A stretch of DNA of 64,000 bases, taken from assembly GCA_021817245.1 (NCBI GenBank), contig JAKAVQ010000004.1:115403-179402 (forward strand). The letters run 5' to 3'. The stretch comes from Thermoplasmata archaeon. Its GTDB lineage: Archaea; Thermoplasmatota; Thermoplasmata; Lutacidiplasmatales; UBA184. A model generated the notes under the pieces. It did no database searches. It saw only the letters and a program-made list of their open reading frames with translations, and was not told the DNA's origin. Within the stretch, counting starts at the first letter, position 1, and every line of letters starts with the position of its first letter. Position numbers and translations under genes: made by a program. Below, piece by piece: positions 27,079-36,057 of the stretch.

Positions 27079-28356
27079 TCATTCTCTCCCCGACAACAGT
27101 TGGTCCGCCGCCAGCACGGTTCCGCCGGAGGTCGCCCCGTCGTCCACGCGCCGACGCGCGTTTCCCCGCAACCGCAGGAACCCGAGCGCGACCGCGATCG
27201 CGAGGGCAAACATCCCTCCCCAGAGGAACGTCGGGCCCTCGCTTCCGAGTCCCAGGAGGAGCGCCCCCAGTACGGGGGCGACGACCCGGGCCGCGTTGGT
27301 CGAAGCGTTGTACGCCCCGAAGTACGAGCCCCGACGCTCGGGGCCGGAAAAGCTCGCGACGAGGGACTGCTGGGTCGGACTGACGATGTCCTCGCCGAGC
27401 GTCAGGACCCCCATCGCGAGGAGATAGAGGGGGAAGGTTCCCGCCGCATCGAAGACAAGGAACGCGATACCGTAGGAGATGGTCCCGGCCGCCATCCAGC
27501 CCAGGTACTGGTGTCGGCGCTCGACAATCCGACCGATCGGGAGCTGGAGGAGCACCACGAGAAGCCCATTGAGGGAATAGATGAGTCCGAACTCCGAGTA
27601 CGGGATACCGCGGACCGATCCGAGGAAGAGCGAGAGCGGGGTCCCGAACTGGTTGGTGACGAGGGCGAGGGCGGTCAGCGCCACGAGGAGGCCGAGGAAC
27701 GGTCGGTCGCGGAACGGCGCGGCCACGGAACCGAGCGCCTCGCCCCGAGAAGCCCGTGTACCCTGAAACGACTCCCGAAGCAGCAGGATCAGGATCGTTC
27801 CCTCGATCAGCGAAGTAATGGCGGCAAAGAGGAAGAGCGCCGGTAGGCCGGCGGTGGCGGCGAGAATCCCCCCGACCGCCGGGGAAATCGCGAAACCGGT
27901 GTTGGTGAAGACCCGCTGGACGCTGAAGGCGGTGACGGCGTGCTCGGGTCGCGTCACGTCGCCGATCATCGCGCTTTGGGCGGGGCGGGTGAGTCCTCCG
28001 AAGAGCGAATTGACCGCCCAGAGGCCCATGACGATCGGGATCCCGTGATCCAGGTAGAGCCAGAGGAGCGTCAGCAGCCCCGCGCTGGCGAAGCTCGGGT
28101 AGACCGCGAACGGCCGTCGTCCGAGACGATCCGACAGGTGGCCCCCGGCGAGGAACGCGAGCGTGCTCACCGGTACGATCGCGGCGATGAGGAGTCCGAT
28201 GTAGAGGTAGCTGAGGTGATAGACGTTGGCGAAGACGAGCGGGAGGAAGACGAACGTCGCGGAGCGGCCGATGCTGCGGACGAGACCCGCGCTGCCGAGC
28301 AGGTAGACGCGCCGATCGAGGCGGAACACCGCGGAACGGGAGCCCAGCACGGACAC
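27079..28356 (-). CDS. MFS transporter
   Basis: 425 aa with 12 predicted hydrophobic helices and an MFS loop motif GGHLSDRLGRRP between TM2 and TM3. Confidence 0.85.
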   Translation of the reverse strand: MSVLGSRSAVFRLDRRVYLLGSAGLVRSIGRSATFVFLPLVFANVYHLSYLYIGLLIAAIVPVSTLAFLAGGHLSDRLGRRPFAVYPSFASAGLLTLLWLYLDHGIPIVMGLWAVNSLFGGLTRPAQSAMIGDVTRPEHAVTAFSVQRVFTNTGFAISPAVGGILAATAGLPALFLFAAITSLIEGTILILLLRESFQGTRASRGEALGSVAAPFRDRPFLGLLVALTALALVTNQFGTPLSLFLGSVRGIPYSEFGLIYSLNGLLVVLLQLPIGRIVERRHQYLGWMAAGTISYGIAFLVFDAAGTFPLYLLAMGVLTLGEDIVSPTQQSLVASFSGPERRGSYFGAYNASTNAARVVAPVLGALLLGLGSEGPTFLWGGMFALAIAVALGFLRLRGNARRRVDDGATSGGTVLAADQLLSGRE

Positions 28357-28753
28357 GGCGACCCGAGAGAAAGAACGGTGCCGGCGCGTTCACCGAGCAC
28401 GAAGGAGGGAGTTCGGTCGACGGCGAGGTTCGCGCGGCCGGGCGGTCCCCACCGGGGCCAACGACCGGGCGCGGGAAGGGATGCGAGAAGGTGGGTTCAT
28501 GTCGATCCGAGACCTTCCGCCATCTTGTGCATTGCGCTCCGTTCGGCGGACCCGGTGGATTCGTGGGTCCCAGGCAAGCGACGCCGGCCTCGGGCGAGGA
28601 GCCCCCACGCCGGCCGCTTGGGCAGTGTTCGGTCGGGGACCCGAGCAGTGAGCGGATCTCCCGGCTGGTCCACGCCGGCGCCATGGGGAGCCCCGATGCG
28701 CGCGGCGGACCTGGGCTCCCGTGGGGCGACGGCGGTGCCGCGGTACCCCTGCG

Positions 28754-29392
28754 TCACCGCTCGGACTCGCCGAGGTCGGACTGGGCCGTGGGACGCCGGC
28801 CCCGGATGAAGTAGTAGCGTCCCTGCATTCGCGTTTCGACCCGCTCGAAGCCGGCACCGACGAGAAGGGCGCGCATCTCCTGTGGATCGCGGAGCCGAAC
28901 GCCACCGCCGTGATGCCCCCCGAACGGGGCGGCGAGGAGGCGGGCGGTCAGCGAACCGGGGGCCATCTCCTCGACGACGAGCGATCCCCCGGGGACCAGC
29001 ACGCGCGCCGCCTCGGCGATGAACCGTTCTGCCCGGGCCATGTGGTGGACCGAACGCACCGCGACGACCCGGTCAAAGCTGAGGTCCTCATACGGGAGCG
29101 ACTCCGCGTGACCGACGATGAAACGCAAGTGCGGCCGGTCTCTTCGCGCGAGAGCGACACGTTCTTCCCGGGGCTCGATCACCGACACGTCGGCGAGCCC
29201 GGAAGCGTAGCGCGCGGTGAAGCTGCCAGTGCCACCTCCCACATCGAGGAGGCGGGTCGCGGGTCCGAGCTCGAGCAGCTCACGAAGACGACGGACCTCC
29301 GTTCTCCGGGGCCAGAGTCGGAGCCGGTCCGCCCATCGCTCCGCGGGCGGCACTCCCGGAAAAGGACTCGTACTCGGAGTCTGTGCGGCCAT
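28754..29392 (-). CDS. class I SAM-dependent methyltransferase
   Basis: Internal ATG at 29392 within track ORF 28754..30265. Motif I is LLDVGGGTGSF. Later segments FDRVVAVRSVHHM and LVPGGSLVV are typical of the Methyltransf_11/25 type. Confidence 0.8.
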   Translation of the reverse strand: MAAQTPSTSPFPGVPPAERWADRLRLWPRRTEVRRLRELLELGPATRLLDVGGGTGSFTARYASGLADVSVIEPREERVALARRDRPHLRFIVGHAESLPYEDLSFDRVVAVRSVHHMARAERFIAEAARVLVPGGSLVVEEMAPGSLTARLLAAPFGGHHGGGVRLRDPQEMRALLVGAGFERVETRMQGRYYFIRGRRPTAQSDLGESER

Positions 29393-29415
29393 CCGGAACC
29401 ACCCGCCCCGAGCAC

Positions 29416-30102
29416 TCACGTTCGTTTCAGGGGCGGGCGGCGAGTGGTCGGCGCTCCAGCCCTCAACGGCCCCCCACGCGCCCGAGTCCGGGCGGGCGGT
29501 CGCGCACGGACCTCCATTCCCGGCCGAGTGCCCCGACCCTTCCAGTAGTGGCGAGCGACCCGCGCGCGGTTCCCGCAGCCGGTCGGGGAGCACCAGATTT
29601 GGCTTCCGGTGCGCGCGATCAGTAGATGTGCACACTCCGGAGCGCGGCAGGCGCGCAGCTTGCCGGCCTCGGAACCCGTCAATAGGTGGATCGTCGACTC
29701 GAGGACCGCTTCGGCGACGCGGTCGGATCCCTCGATCCCCGATGGGCGCTCGCTCCACCCTCCCTCCTCCGACCAACGGAGCTCGACCCTGCGCTCTCCT
29801 CCTCGCAGGGCGAGATTCGCCGCCCGAAGCGCGCGCGCGGCCGGGCGACGCCGATCTACGGTCGCATACAGAAGCTCGCGAACCGTGCTCCGCAGCTGGC
29901 GCAGCCGCGCGAGCTCGTGGGGACCGAGAAGATCGAACGCCGGCCCAAAGCGCGGGGTCGCCCATGCGCTGAGCTCGGCGGACGAGGCCAGCGCGTCCTC
30001 GGCACGGCAGCTCGTGCAGGCGACGGTGTTCGCGAAGTCGACGGCGAGCGCGTCGGGACGGCGAAGCTCGACGAAGCCTTCCGGGGGCATCGGGTGGTGC
30101 AT
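29416..30102 (-). CDS. CGNR zinc-finger domain protein (ABATE/zf-CGNR family)
   Basis: C-terminal CRAPECAHLLIARTGSQIWCSPTGCGNRARVARHY contains the eponymous CGNR motif. Confidence 0.8.
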   Translation of the reverse strand: MHHPMPPEGFVELRRPDALAVDFANTVACTSCRAEDALASSAELSAWATPRFGPAFDLLGPHELARLRQLRSTVRELLYATVDRRRPAARALRAANLALRGGERRVELRWSEEGGWSERPSGIEGSDRVAEAVLESTIHLLTGSEAGKLRACRAPECAHLLIARTGSQIWCSPTGCGNRARVARHYWKGRGTRPGMEVRARPPARTRARGGPLRAGAPTTRRPPLKRT

Positions 30103-30163
30103 GCCGCTGACTCCGCGACGCGGAATCCCGTGGGTCGCTCGCGAACGTGCTACACCGAGAGTT

Positions 30164-30170
30164 GATATAA
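30164..30170 (+). promoter_or_regulatory. TATA-like box in the divergent CGNR / copM-like intergenic region
   Basis: GATATAA lies about 40 nt upstream of the ATG at 30204. It is the only A/T-rich patch in the 101-nt divergent spacer. Confidence 0.25.
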
Positions 30171-30203
30171 CCTAATGGTCTCGGAAACTTGAGGGCGTTA
30201 GGC

Positions 30204-30347
30204 ATGACGAAAGTGAAGGACCCGGTCTGCGGGATGACGATCGACGCGGAGAAGGCGGCCGCCAAGCTCGAGTATCCGAGCGGTACGGTCTACTTCTGCA
30301 ACGAGGCGTGCCGGAAGACCTACGAGACCCGCCACCCTCGTGCCTGA
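30204..30347 (+). CDS. small YHS/TRASH-domain metal-binding protein (copper chaperone-like)
   Basis: Manual translation gives MTKVKDPVCGMTIDAEKAAAKLEYPSGTVYFCNEACRKTYETRHPRA (47 aa, below the track cutoff). The C-G-M...Y-F-C-x-x-x-C pattern defines the YHS/TRASH domain. It lies immediately upstream of the copper ATPase. Confidence 0.7.
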   Translation: MTKVKDPVCGMTIDAEKAAAKLEYPSGTVYFCNEACRKTYETRHPRA

Positions 30348-30386
30348 GCGCGCCGACCGCGCAGCCATCGCCACTGCCTACCGCCG

Positions 30387-32507
30387 ATGTCGACGGATCC
30401 GATCTGCGGGATGTTCGTCGACGAAACGACCGCCGACCTGAGTCTGGTTCGCGACAACCGGACGTACTTCTTTTGCTCCACGCACTGCGTCCAGGAGTTC
30501 GCCCAGCCGGAACGCGAGATCGCCCGGCTTCGGAACCGGCTCGCGGTCGCCTGGCCGCTCTCGGTGGCGATCGTGTTCCTCACGTACGGGAACCCCTTCC
30601 CCGACTGGCCCTGGCTCGCGCTGGTTCTTGCGGGCATTGTGCAGTTCTACCCCGGACTTCAGTTCTACCGAGGCACCTGGGACGCCGCGCGGAACCGCGT
30701 CTGGAACATGGACATCCTGATCGCCGTCGGAACCTCGGTGGCGTACGCATACAGCGCGGCAGCGCTCCTGCTCCCTCCACTCCCGGCGACCTACTTCTTC
30801 GACGCTTCGGCGCTGATCGTGACCCTCATCCTGAGCGGCAACTATCTCGAACACCTGGTCCGGGAACGCGCCCGGGGGTCGCTACGGACGCTTCAGCAGC
30901 TCCTGCCGTCCGTCGCCACCGTGTTGCGGAACGGTCGCGAGCTCGAAGTGCCGGTGGCCGAGATCGTCGTGGGAGACCGGTTGATCGTCCGGCCGGGCGG
31001 TCGCTTTGCCACCGACGGCACGATCGTCGACGGCCGGACCTCCGTCAACGAAGCCATGGTCACCGGAGAGAGCCTTCCCTCCTCCAAAAGACCGGGGGAC
31101 CGGGTGATCGCGGGAACGGTCAACGGGGAAGGCCTCGTCGCGGTCACGGCGGACCGAGTCGGGACCGACACCCTGCTCGCACAGATCGGCACGCTCGTGA
31201 CCGAGGCGGAGACCAGCCGAGTCCCTTTGCAGCAGCTCGCCGACCGGATTGCGTCGGTCTTCGTGCCGATCGTATTCCTCCTCGCCGGAGCGGCCGCCGT
31301 CGCCTGGCTCTCCCTCGGCGGCGTCAGCCCCACGCTGGCGTTGCTCGTCTTCGTCTCGGTCGCGATCACCGCATGCCCGTGTGCGTTCGGGATCGCTACG
31401 CCGGCCGCGATCGTGGTCGGCACCGGTCGGGCGGCCGAAGAGGGGATCCTGTTCAAGGGCCGGGACTCGATCGAGCGAGCCAGCCGCATCGATGTGGTCT
31501 TGACCGACAAGACCGGTACGCTTACTCGAGGTGCTCCGACACTTTCCGACCTCAGCGCGGCGCGAGGTACTACGGAAACGGATCTCCTCCGCCTGGCGGC
31601 CGGGGTCGAAGTCGGGTCGGAGCATCCTCTCGCTCGGGCGGTCGTCGAGGCGGCCCAGGGGCGCGGTCTGGTCCCGCTGCCGATCGACTCGATCGAGGCG
31701 GATCCCGGACGGGGGGTTCGGGGCCGCCTCGGTGGCAGCGCGGTCGCCGTCCTGTCGGGAAGCGCGGCTCTGGAAGCCGACCTCGACCTCGGCCTGCTCC
31801 GGGCCGAGGCGGATCGTTGGGCCGAGGAAGGAAAGGCGTGGTCGGTCGTGCTCCGGGACGGACGCCCGCTCGGAGTCCTGGGCTTCTTCGACCAAATCGC
31901 CCCCGGCGTCCGCGAGGCGGTCGCCGCGCTCCAGGGCGATGGGATCGCCGTCGTGATGGCCACCGGAGACCACGCGGCCGCTGCCCGAGCGATCGCCCGG
32001 GACGCGGGGATCGAGGAGATCCACGCGCGGATGACCCCGGCGGATAAGCTCGGACTAATCCGCTCGATCCAAGCGTCCGGGAAGAAGGTGGCGTACGTCG
32101 GCGACGGGATCAACGATGCTCCGGCCCTGGCTCAGGCCGATCTCGGCATCGCGATCGGCGCCGGAACCGATGTCGCCCGAGAGGCCGGCGGCGTCGTACT
32201 GGTCCGCTCGGACTTCCGGGGGGTCGCGCTCGCGCTCCGGCTCGGACGTCGTACCGTACGGAAGGTCCGGGGCAACCTTACCTGGGCGCTGGGATACAAC
32301 TCGGTCCTTCTCCCGATCGCGATGGGGGCGCTCGTCCCAGTGTTCGGCACGGGCGTCTTCCTGGTACTTCCCTTCACCGGCGCGGTCGCGATGGCCCTCT
32401 CATCGACCTCGGTCGTCCTGAACTCCTACTCGCTGCGGTGGGTCTCGCTCGGCTCCCGCCGGAGCCCCGGACCGGCCCCGGTATCCGGAACGGTCATCCC
32501 CTCCTGA
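30387..32507 (+). CDS. copA: heavy-metal (copper) translocating P1B-type ATPase with N-terminal YHS/TRASH domain
   Basis: N-terminus DPICGMFVDE...YFFCSTHCVQEF, TM6 CPC motif (ITACPCAFGIATP), phosphorylation site DKTGTLT, hinge VGDGINDAP. Confidence 0.93.
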   Translation: MSTDPICGMFVDETTADLSLVRDNRTYFFCSTHCVQEFAQPEREIARLRNRLAVAWPLSVAIVFLTYGNPFPDWPWLALVLAGIVQFYPGLQFYRGTWDAARNRVWNMDILIAVGTSVAYAYSAAALLLPPLPATYFFDASALIVTLILSGNYLEHLVRERARGSLRTLQQLLPSVATVLRNGRELEVPVAEIVVGDRLIVRPGGRFATDGTIVDGRTSVNEAMVTGESLPSSKRPGDRVIAGTVNGEGLVAVTADRVGTDTLLAQIGTLVTEAETSRVPLQQLADRIASVFVPIVFLLAGAAAVAWLSLGGVSPTLALLVFVSVAITACPCAFGIATPAAIVVGTGRAAEEGILFKGRDSIERASRIDVVLTDKTGTLTRGAPTLSDLSAARGTTETDLLRLAAGVEVGSEHPLARAVVEAAQGRGLVPLPIDSIEADPGRGVRGRLGGSAVAVLSGSAALEADLDLGLLRAEADRWAEEGKAWSVVLRDGRPLGVLGFFDQIAPGVREAVAALQGDGIAVVMATGDHAAAARAIARDAGIEEIHARMTPADKLGLIRSIQASGKKVAYVGDGINDAPALAQADLGIAIGAGTDVAREAGGVVLVRSDFRGVALALRLGRRTVRKVRGNLTWALGYNSVLLPIAMGALVPVFGTGVFLVLPFTGAVAMALSSTSVVLNSYSLRWVSLGSRRSPGPAPVSGTVIPS

Positions 32508-32834
32508 GCGTGCGCGGCCGATCCCTGAACGACGGTAGGGGCACCCGGGAGACCGCGCCTTTCGCCGCTTCTCCCACTCCAAATCCCCAGCGCAGGTTCC
32601 CCGCCCCCCGCGTCAAGCCCGCGCAGTTCCCGTCGGTCCCGGATCAAAGGGTGACTCAGAGATCCAGTCCCGGCGGGACTCACATCCCGACGCACGAGCA
32701 TGAGGCCGTGCTCCGGCCCGGGCCGCGTTCCAGGGTCGGGTGGTGGGCGGCCTCCCGGGGACGGACGTCCTCGGCGCGACTCCCGGGCCTAGGGGGGACG
32801 CACCCGGCGTGCAGAGTCCGTGTCCACCGGCGTG

Positions 32835-32840
32835 TTTAAG
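32835..32840 (+). promoter_or_regulatory. TTTAAG TATA-like box upstream of the zinc-ribbon/Lrp gene pair
   Basis: TTTAAG lies 32 nt upstream of the ATG at 32867, which is consistent with a short or absent leader. Confidence 0.3.
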
Positions 32841-32866
32841 GCACCCGGCCGCATCGTCCGCCTTGC

Positions 32867-33184
32867 ATGGACCGGTCCGACGGATCCGAGCCGCCGCCGA
32901 TCGACCCCAAGGAGTTCGATCGTCGGATGAACGCCAAGGTCCTCGAATACGGCTCCCGGGAGGATGCCCGCTGCCCTCGCTGCGGCGAGTTCGGCTACCG
33001 CCGCGTCGCGGACTCGGAAATGGTCGCGCTCTATGCCTGCCGGCACTGCGGCAATCAAGACCAGGTCCTTCACGACCCGACGCAAGAGGTCGCGCCCCCC
33101 TTCCGCGAGTACCGGGAGGGTCGCGGACTCCGTGCCGAGCTCGACGGGGAGGAATCCGAGGCCGACGGGCAGAGGTCCCCATGA
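32867..33184 (+). CDS. small zinc-ribbon protein (hypothetical)
   Basis: 105 aa with CPRCGEFG...CRHCGNQD (two CxxC pairs). ATGA overlap with the downstream Lrp/AsnC gene. Confidence 0.55.
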   Translation: MDRSDGSEPPPIDPKEFDRRMNAKVLEYGSREDARCPRCGEFGYRRVADSEMVALYACRHCGNQDQVLHDPTQEVAPPFREYREGRGLRAELDGEESEADGQRSP

Positions 33185-33810
33185 GCGCGGGACGCACGTC
33201 CCGGGTCTCGGAGACCTCATCGCTCCGCTCTCCGTCCGGTCCGGCCCGTTCGGGTGTTCCCCTCGTCCGTCGTGGCCGCCACCGGAGCAGCGCCGGCCCG
33301 ATCGATGCGCTCGATGTGGCCATCGTCGCAGCGCTCCGGGACGACGGCCGGGCCTCCCTGCGGCGGGTGGCCCGTCGGGTCGGTGCGAGCGTCACCACCG
33401 TCAGCACTCGCGTCCGGGCGCTCGAGCGGCTCGGGGTCCTCCAGGGATTCGTTCCGTTGGTCAGCGCCCGTCGGCTTGCCGCGATCGGCCGCTCTCCACA
33501 CTGTGTCGTGCTGCACATCACTCCCCGGGACGCGAGCCGGGTGGGGGTGGAGGCCCTCGCCCGGGCCATCGCTCGCGACCCGAACGTCTGCTACCTGTTC
33601 GAGATGGCCGGCTCCTCCGAACTGATGGCGCTCGCGTCCACCGATCGCGAGGACGAAACTCACCGACTGATCGAGGAGCTCCGCGCGCTACCGTACGTAC
33701 TGCGGGTCCGACCGGTCCCGATCCTCGAGGTCTACAAGGAGCGCCCGGGCCATCCGATCGGGGCCCCCGCGAAGGAAGCCGACGTCGATGCGAACCTCTC
33801 TCGGCCGTAG
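33181..33810 (+). CDS. Lrp/AsnC family transcriptional regulator
   Basis: In-frame ATG at 33181 in track ORF 32740..33810. HTH segment LDVAIVAALRDDGRASLRRVARRVGASVTTVSTRVRALERLGVLQGF is followed by an AsnC-type ligand-binding (RAM) domain. Confidence 0.8.
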   Translation: MSAGRTSRVSETSSLRSPSGPARSGVPLVRRGRHRSSAGPIDALDVAIVAALRDDGRASLRRVARRVGASVTTVSTRVRALERLGVLQGFVPLVSARRLAAIGRSPHCVVLHITPRDASRVGVEALARAIARDPNVCYLFEMAGSSELMALASTDREDETHRLIEELRALPYVLRVRPVPILEVYKERPGHPIGAPAKEADVDANLSRP

Positions 33811-33903
33811 ACGCGATCTCCCGACGACGCCGGACCGGCGGAAGGGGCCGAGCAAAGCCTTATCCTGCCCCCCCCTATTGGACGATTGTCCAGCCGGTGG
33901 CTT

Positions 33904-34740
33904 ATGAGCATCGTCGCTCACCTTCCGCGACGCGCGCTGACGCTCACCGAGGAGGAAGCCGCCGCTCCTCCGACGATGGAGCTCGCCGGTCGGAAGAGGG
34001 CGACCGCCGAGGAGCGGGCGCTCGCGACCACGATCTTCGGCGAGTTCCACGCGGATTCCCGCCATCGAGAGTTCGTGCTCGGCTGCCTCAACTGCGGAGA
34101 GTGTACCACCGGTTGCCCGGCCGCTCGCTTCTACGACTTCTCGCCGCGCGAGATGCTTCAGATCGCCCAGAACGGGGACGCGACCACGCTCTGGGACGCG
34201 ATGCAGGAGAAGATCTGGGCCTGCTGCCAGTGCTACACGTGCAACATGCGCTGCCGCTTTGGCAACGACATCGCCGGCATCATCAGCGTCATGCGGGAAC
34301 TCTCGGTCCGTCACGGGATCGAGTCCACCCGCCGGGCCCTGGCCCCGTTCGGCCGGTCGCTTACGCTCCTCATGACCGTCGGCACTCAGGTCTCGTCGGA
34401 CATGATCCAGCCGGACTTCTTCCGGGACTGGGGACCGTTCGCGACCGGCTCCGACAAGGTCTGGCAGGTGAGCGCCGACATCATGCGCAAGGCGATCCCG
34501 TCGGACGTCCTCCAGACGACCCGTTCGGCCTGGGAGGTCTCGGTCCAGACGTCGCTCGAGCTCTTCCGTATCTACGAGGAGACCGGGGTCCTCGACATGC
34601 TGAGGGGGCTCGACCCCGACCTGACCGAGATGCTGGTCGACATCATCGAGGAGCGACGGGAGGAGTTCGCCGAGGCGCGGGAGCGTTTCGGAGAGGAGCT
34701 TAAGGGGATGCAGGGACCCGTGGCGACGTTCTCGGGGTAA
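33904..34740 (+). CDS. hdrC1: sHdr subunit HdrC1-like 4Fe-4S protein
   Basis: CLNCGECTTGCP and CCQCYTCNMRCRFG cluster motifs. It is the first gene of a C1-B1-A-hyp-C2-B2 array. An alternative TTG start is at 33886. Confidence 0.8.
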   Translation: MSIVAHLPRRALTLTEEEAAAPPTMELAGRKRATAEERALATTIFGEFHADSRHREFVLGCLNCGECTTGCPAARFYDFSPREMLQIAQNGDATTLWDAMQEKIWACCQCYTCNMRCRFGNDIAGIISVMRELSVRHGIESTRRALAPFGRSLTLLMTVGTQVSSDMIQPDFFRDWGPFATGSDKVWQVSADIMRKAIPSDVLQTTRSAWEVSVQTSLELFRIYEETGVLDMLRGLDPDLTEMLVDIIEERREEFAEARERFGEELKGMQGPVATFSG

Positions 34741-34752
34741 GGAATCCGAATT

Positions 34753-36057
34753 ATGCTGAGCGCGAACGAGATCCGTAAGGTCGTGGAAGAGCGGAACGTA
34801 CACCAGCGGGGGACCGGCAAGAAGGTCCTCGATGTCCGCGAGGAGATGTATCACCTCGAAGAGAAGGGGGAGCTCATCGTCCACCGCATCCGGCCGGAGA
34901 ACCGGCCGGTCGAGCTCCGCACCCTTTTCGGATGGACGAAGCGCATCCCGACCGACCGGCTCTGGCACCACAAGTCGTGTGGCCAGTGCGGCAACATTCC
35001 CGGATACCCGTCCTCGCTGCTGTGGCTCATGAACGAGACCGGGCGCACGTACCTCAACGAGCCGCACCAGACCTCGTGCACGGCCTGGAACTACCATGGT
35101 ACGGCGACCTCGAATCCGGTCGCCCTCGCGGCGGTCGCCGCCCGCAACTTCCATCGGGCGTACGAGACCGACCATTTCCCGTTGATCCACTGCGGCACGA
35201 GCTACGGCGATTACAAGGAGATGCGCAAGCTCCTGGTCGAGAACGCCGCGGTGCGCACGAAGGTCCGTGAGGTCCTGCGCAAGATGGGGCGGGATCTGGT
35301 GCTTCCGGAGGAGATCGTTCACTACTCCGAGTGGGTCCACGCGATGCGTCCCGAGATCGTCGCTCGGCAGAAGCACCCGGTCCACGGGGTCGTGACGACG
35401 GTGCACGAGCCTTGCCACTACTACAAGATGGTCCCCGAGGACGCGGTCTACGACGACGCGGTCTACGCCGGTCAGCGGCCGGCGGTGCCGTCGGGCATCC
35501 TCCTCGCGCTCGGGGCGACCGTCGCCGACTACTCGACGTGGTACGACTGCTGCGGGTTCGGTTTCCGGCACATCCTGAGCGAGCGGGAGTTTAGCCGGTC
35601 GTTTGCCAACCTGCGAAAGATCCGGCCGATGGTCGAGGAGGCGCACTCGGACGTCGCGATCACAAGCGATACCGGCTGCGTCACGACGCTCGACAAGAGC
35701 CAGTGGATCGGCAAGAGTCACGGGCTCTCCTACCTCCTTCCGGTCCTCTCGGACGTGCAGTTCGCCGCACTGTCGCTCGGGGCGCATCCGTACAAGATCG
35801 CCCAGGTCCACTGGCACTCCGCCTCCGCCGAGGGTCTTCTGTCGAAGATGGGGATCGACTGGAGGAGCGCGAAGGCAGAATTCCAAGAGTACCTGCGGGC
35901 GCTCAAGAACGGCGCCGCGCCCGAGCTGCTCCACCCGGCGCACGGCGAGATCGAGAAGTTTTTCGCGATCAACAAGGGCCAGGTCCTTCCGGACCCCGAG
36001 GTCGTCCCCGCGCTCTCCGCGGGCTCGGCCACCACGGAGGGGGGGCCCGCCGCGTGA
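34753..36057 (+). CDS. hdrB1: sHdr subunit HdrB1-like CCG-domain protein
   Basis: 434 aa with CGQCGNIPG, WYDCCGFGFRH (CCG motif) and DTGCVTT. Position and size fit HdrB1 of sulfur-oxidising Hdr-like complexes. Confidence 0.85.
   Translation: MLSANEIRKVVEERNVHQRGTGKKVLDVREEMYHLEEKGELIVHRIRPENRPVELRTLFGWTKRIPTDRLWHHKSCGQCGNIPGYPSSLLWLMNETGRTYLNEPHQTSCTAWNYHGTATSNPVALAAVAARNFHRAYETDHFPLIHCGTSYGDYKEMRKLLVENAAVRTKVREVLRKMGRDLVLPEEIVHYSEWVHAMRPEIVARQKHPVHGVVTTVHEPCHYYKMVPEDAVYDDAVYAGQRPAVPSGILLALGATVADYSTWYDCCGFGFRHILSEREFSRSFANLRKIRPMVEEAHSDVAITSDTGCVTTLDKSQWIGKSHGLSYLLPVLSDVQFAALSLGAHPYKIAQVHWHSASAEGLLSKMGIDWRSAKAEFQEYLRALKNGAAPELLHPAHGEIEKFFAINKGQVLPDPEVVPALSAGSATTEGGPAA

Noticed and set aside
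28754-30265. 503-aa minus-strand ORF spanning the methyltransferase and the CGNR gene region.
   Set aside because: Only the last 212 codons carry methyltransferase motifs. The upstream part is Arg-rich and overlaps the CGNR gene, which is in a different frame and has a clear family motif.
33688-35943. 751-aa minus-strand ORF. The same reasoning applies to other long antisense ORFs: 41307..43637, 48311..50860, 52647..55748, 56097..58493, 24132..26426, 15958..17337, 3494..4819 and 30893..32113.
   Set aside because: All are antisense to motif-supported genes (sHdr, GlgE, GlgB, GH57, TreY, Kelch/PKD, HdrB-like, GH15, CopA). All show Arg/Pro/Gly-dominated composition without recognisable domains.
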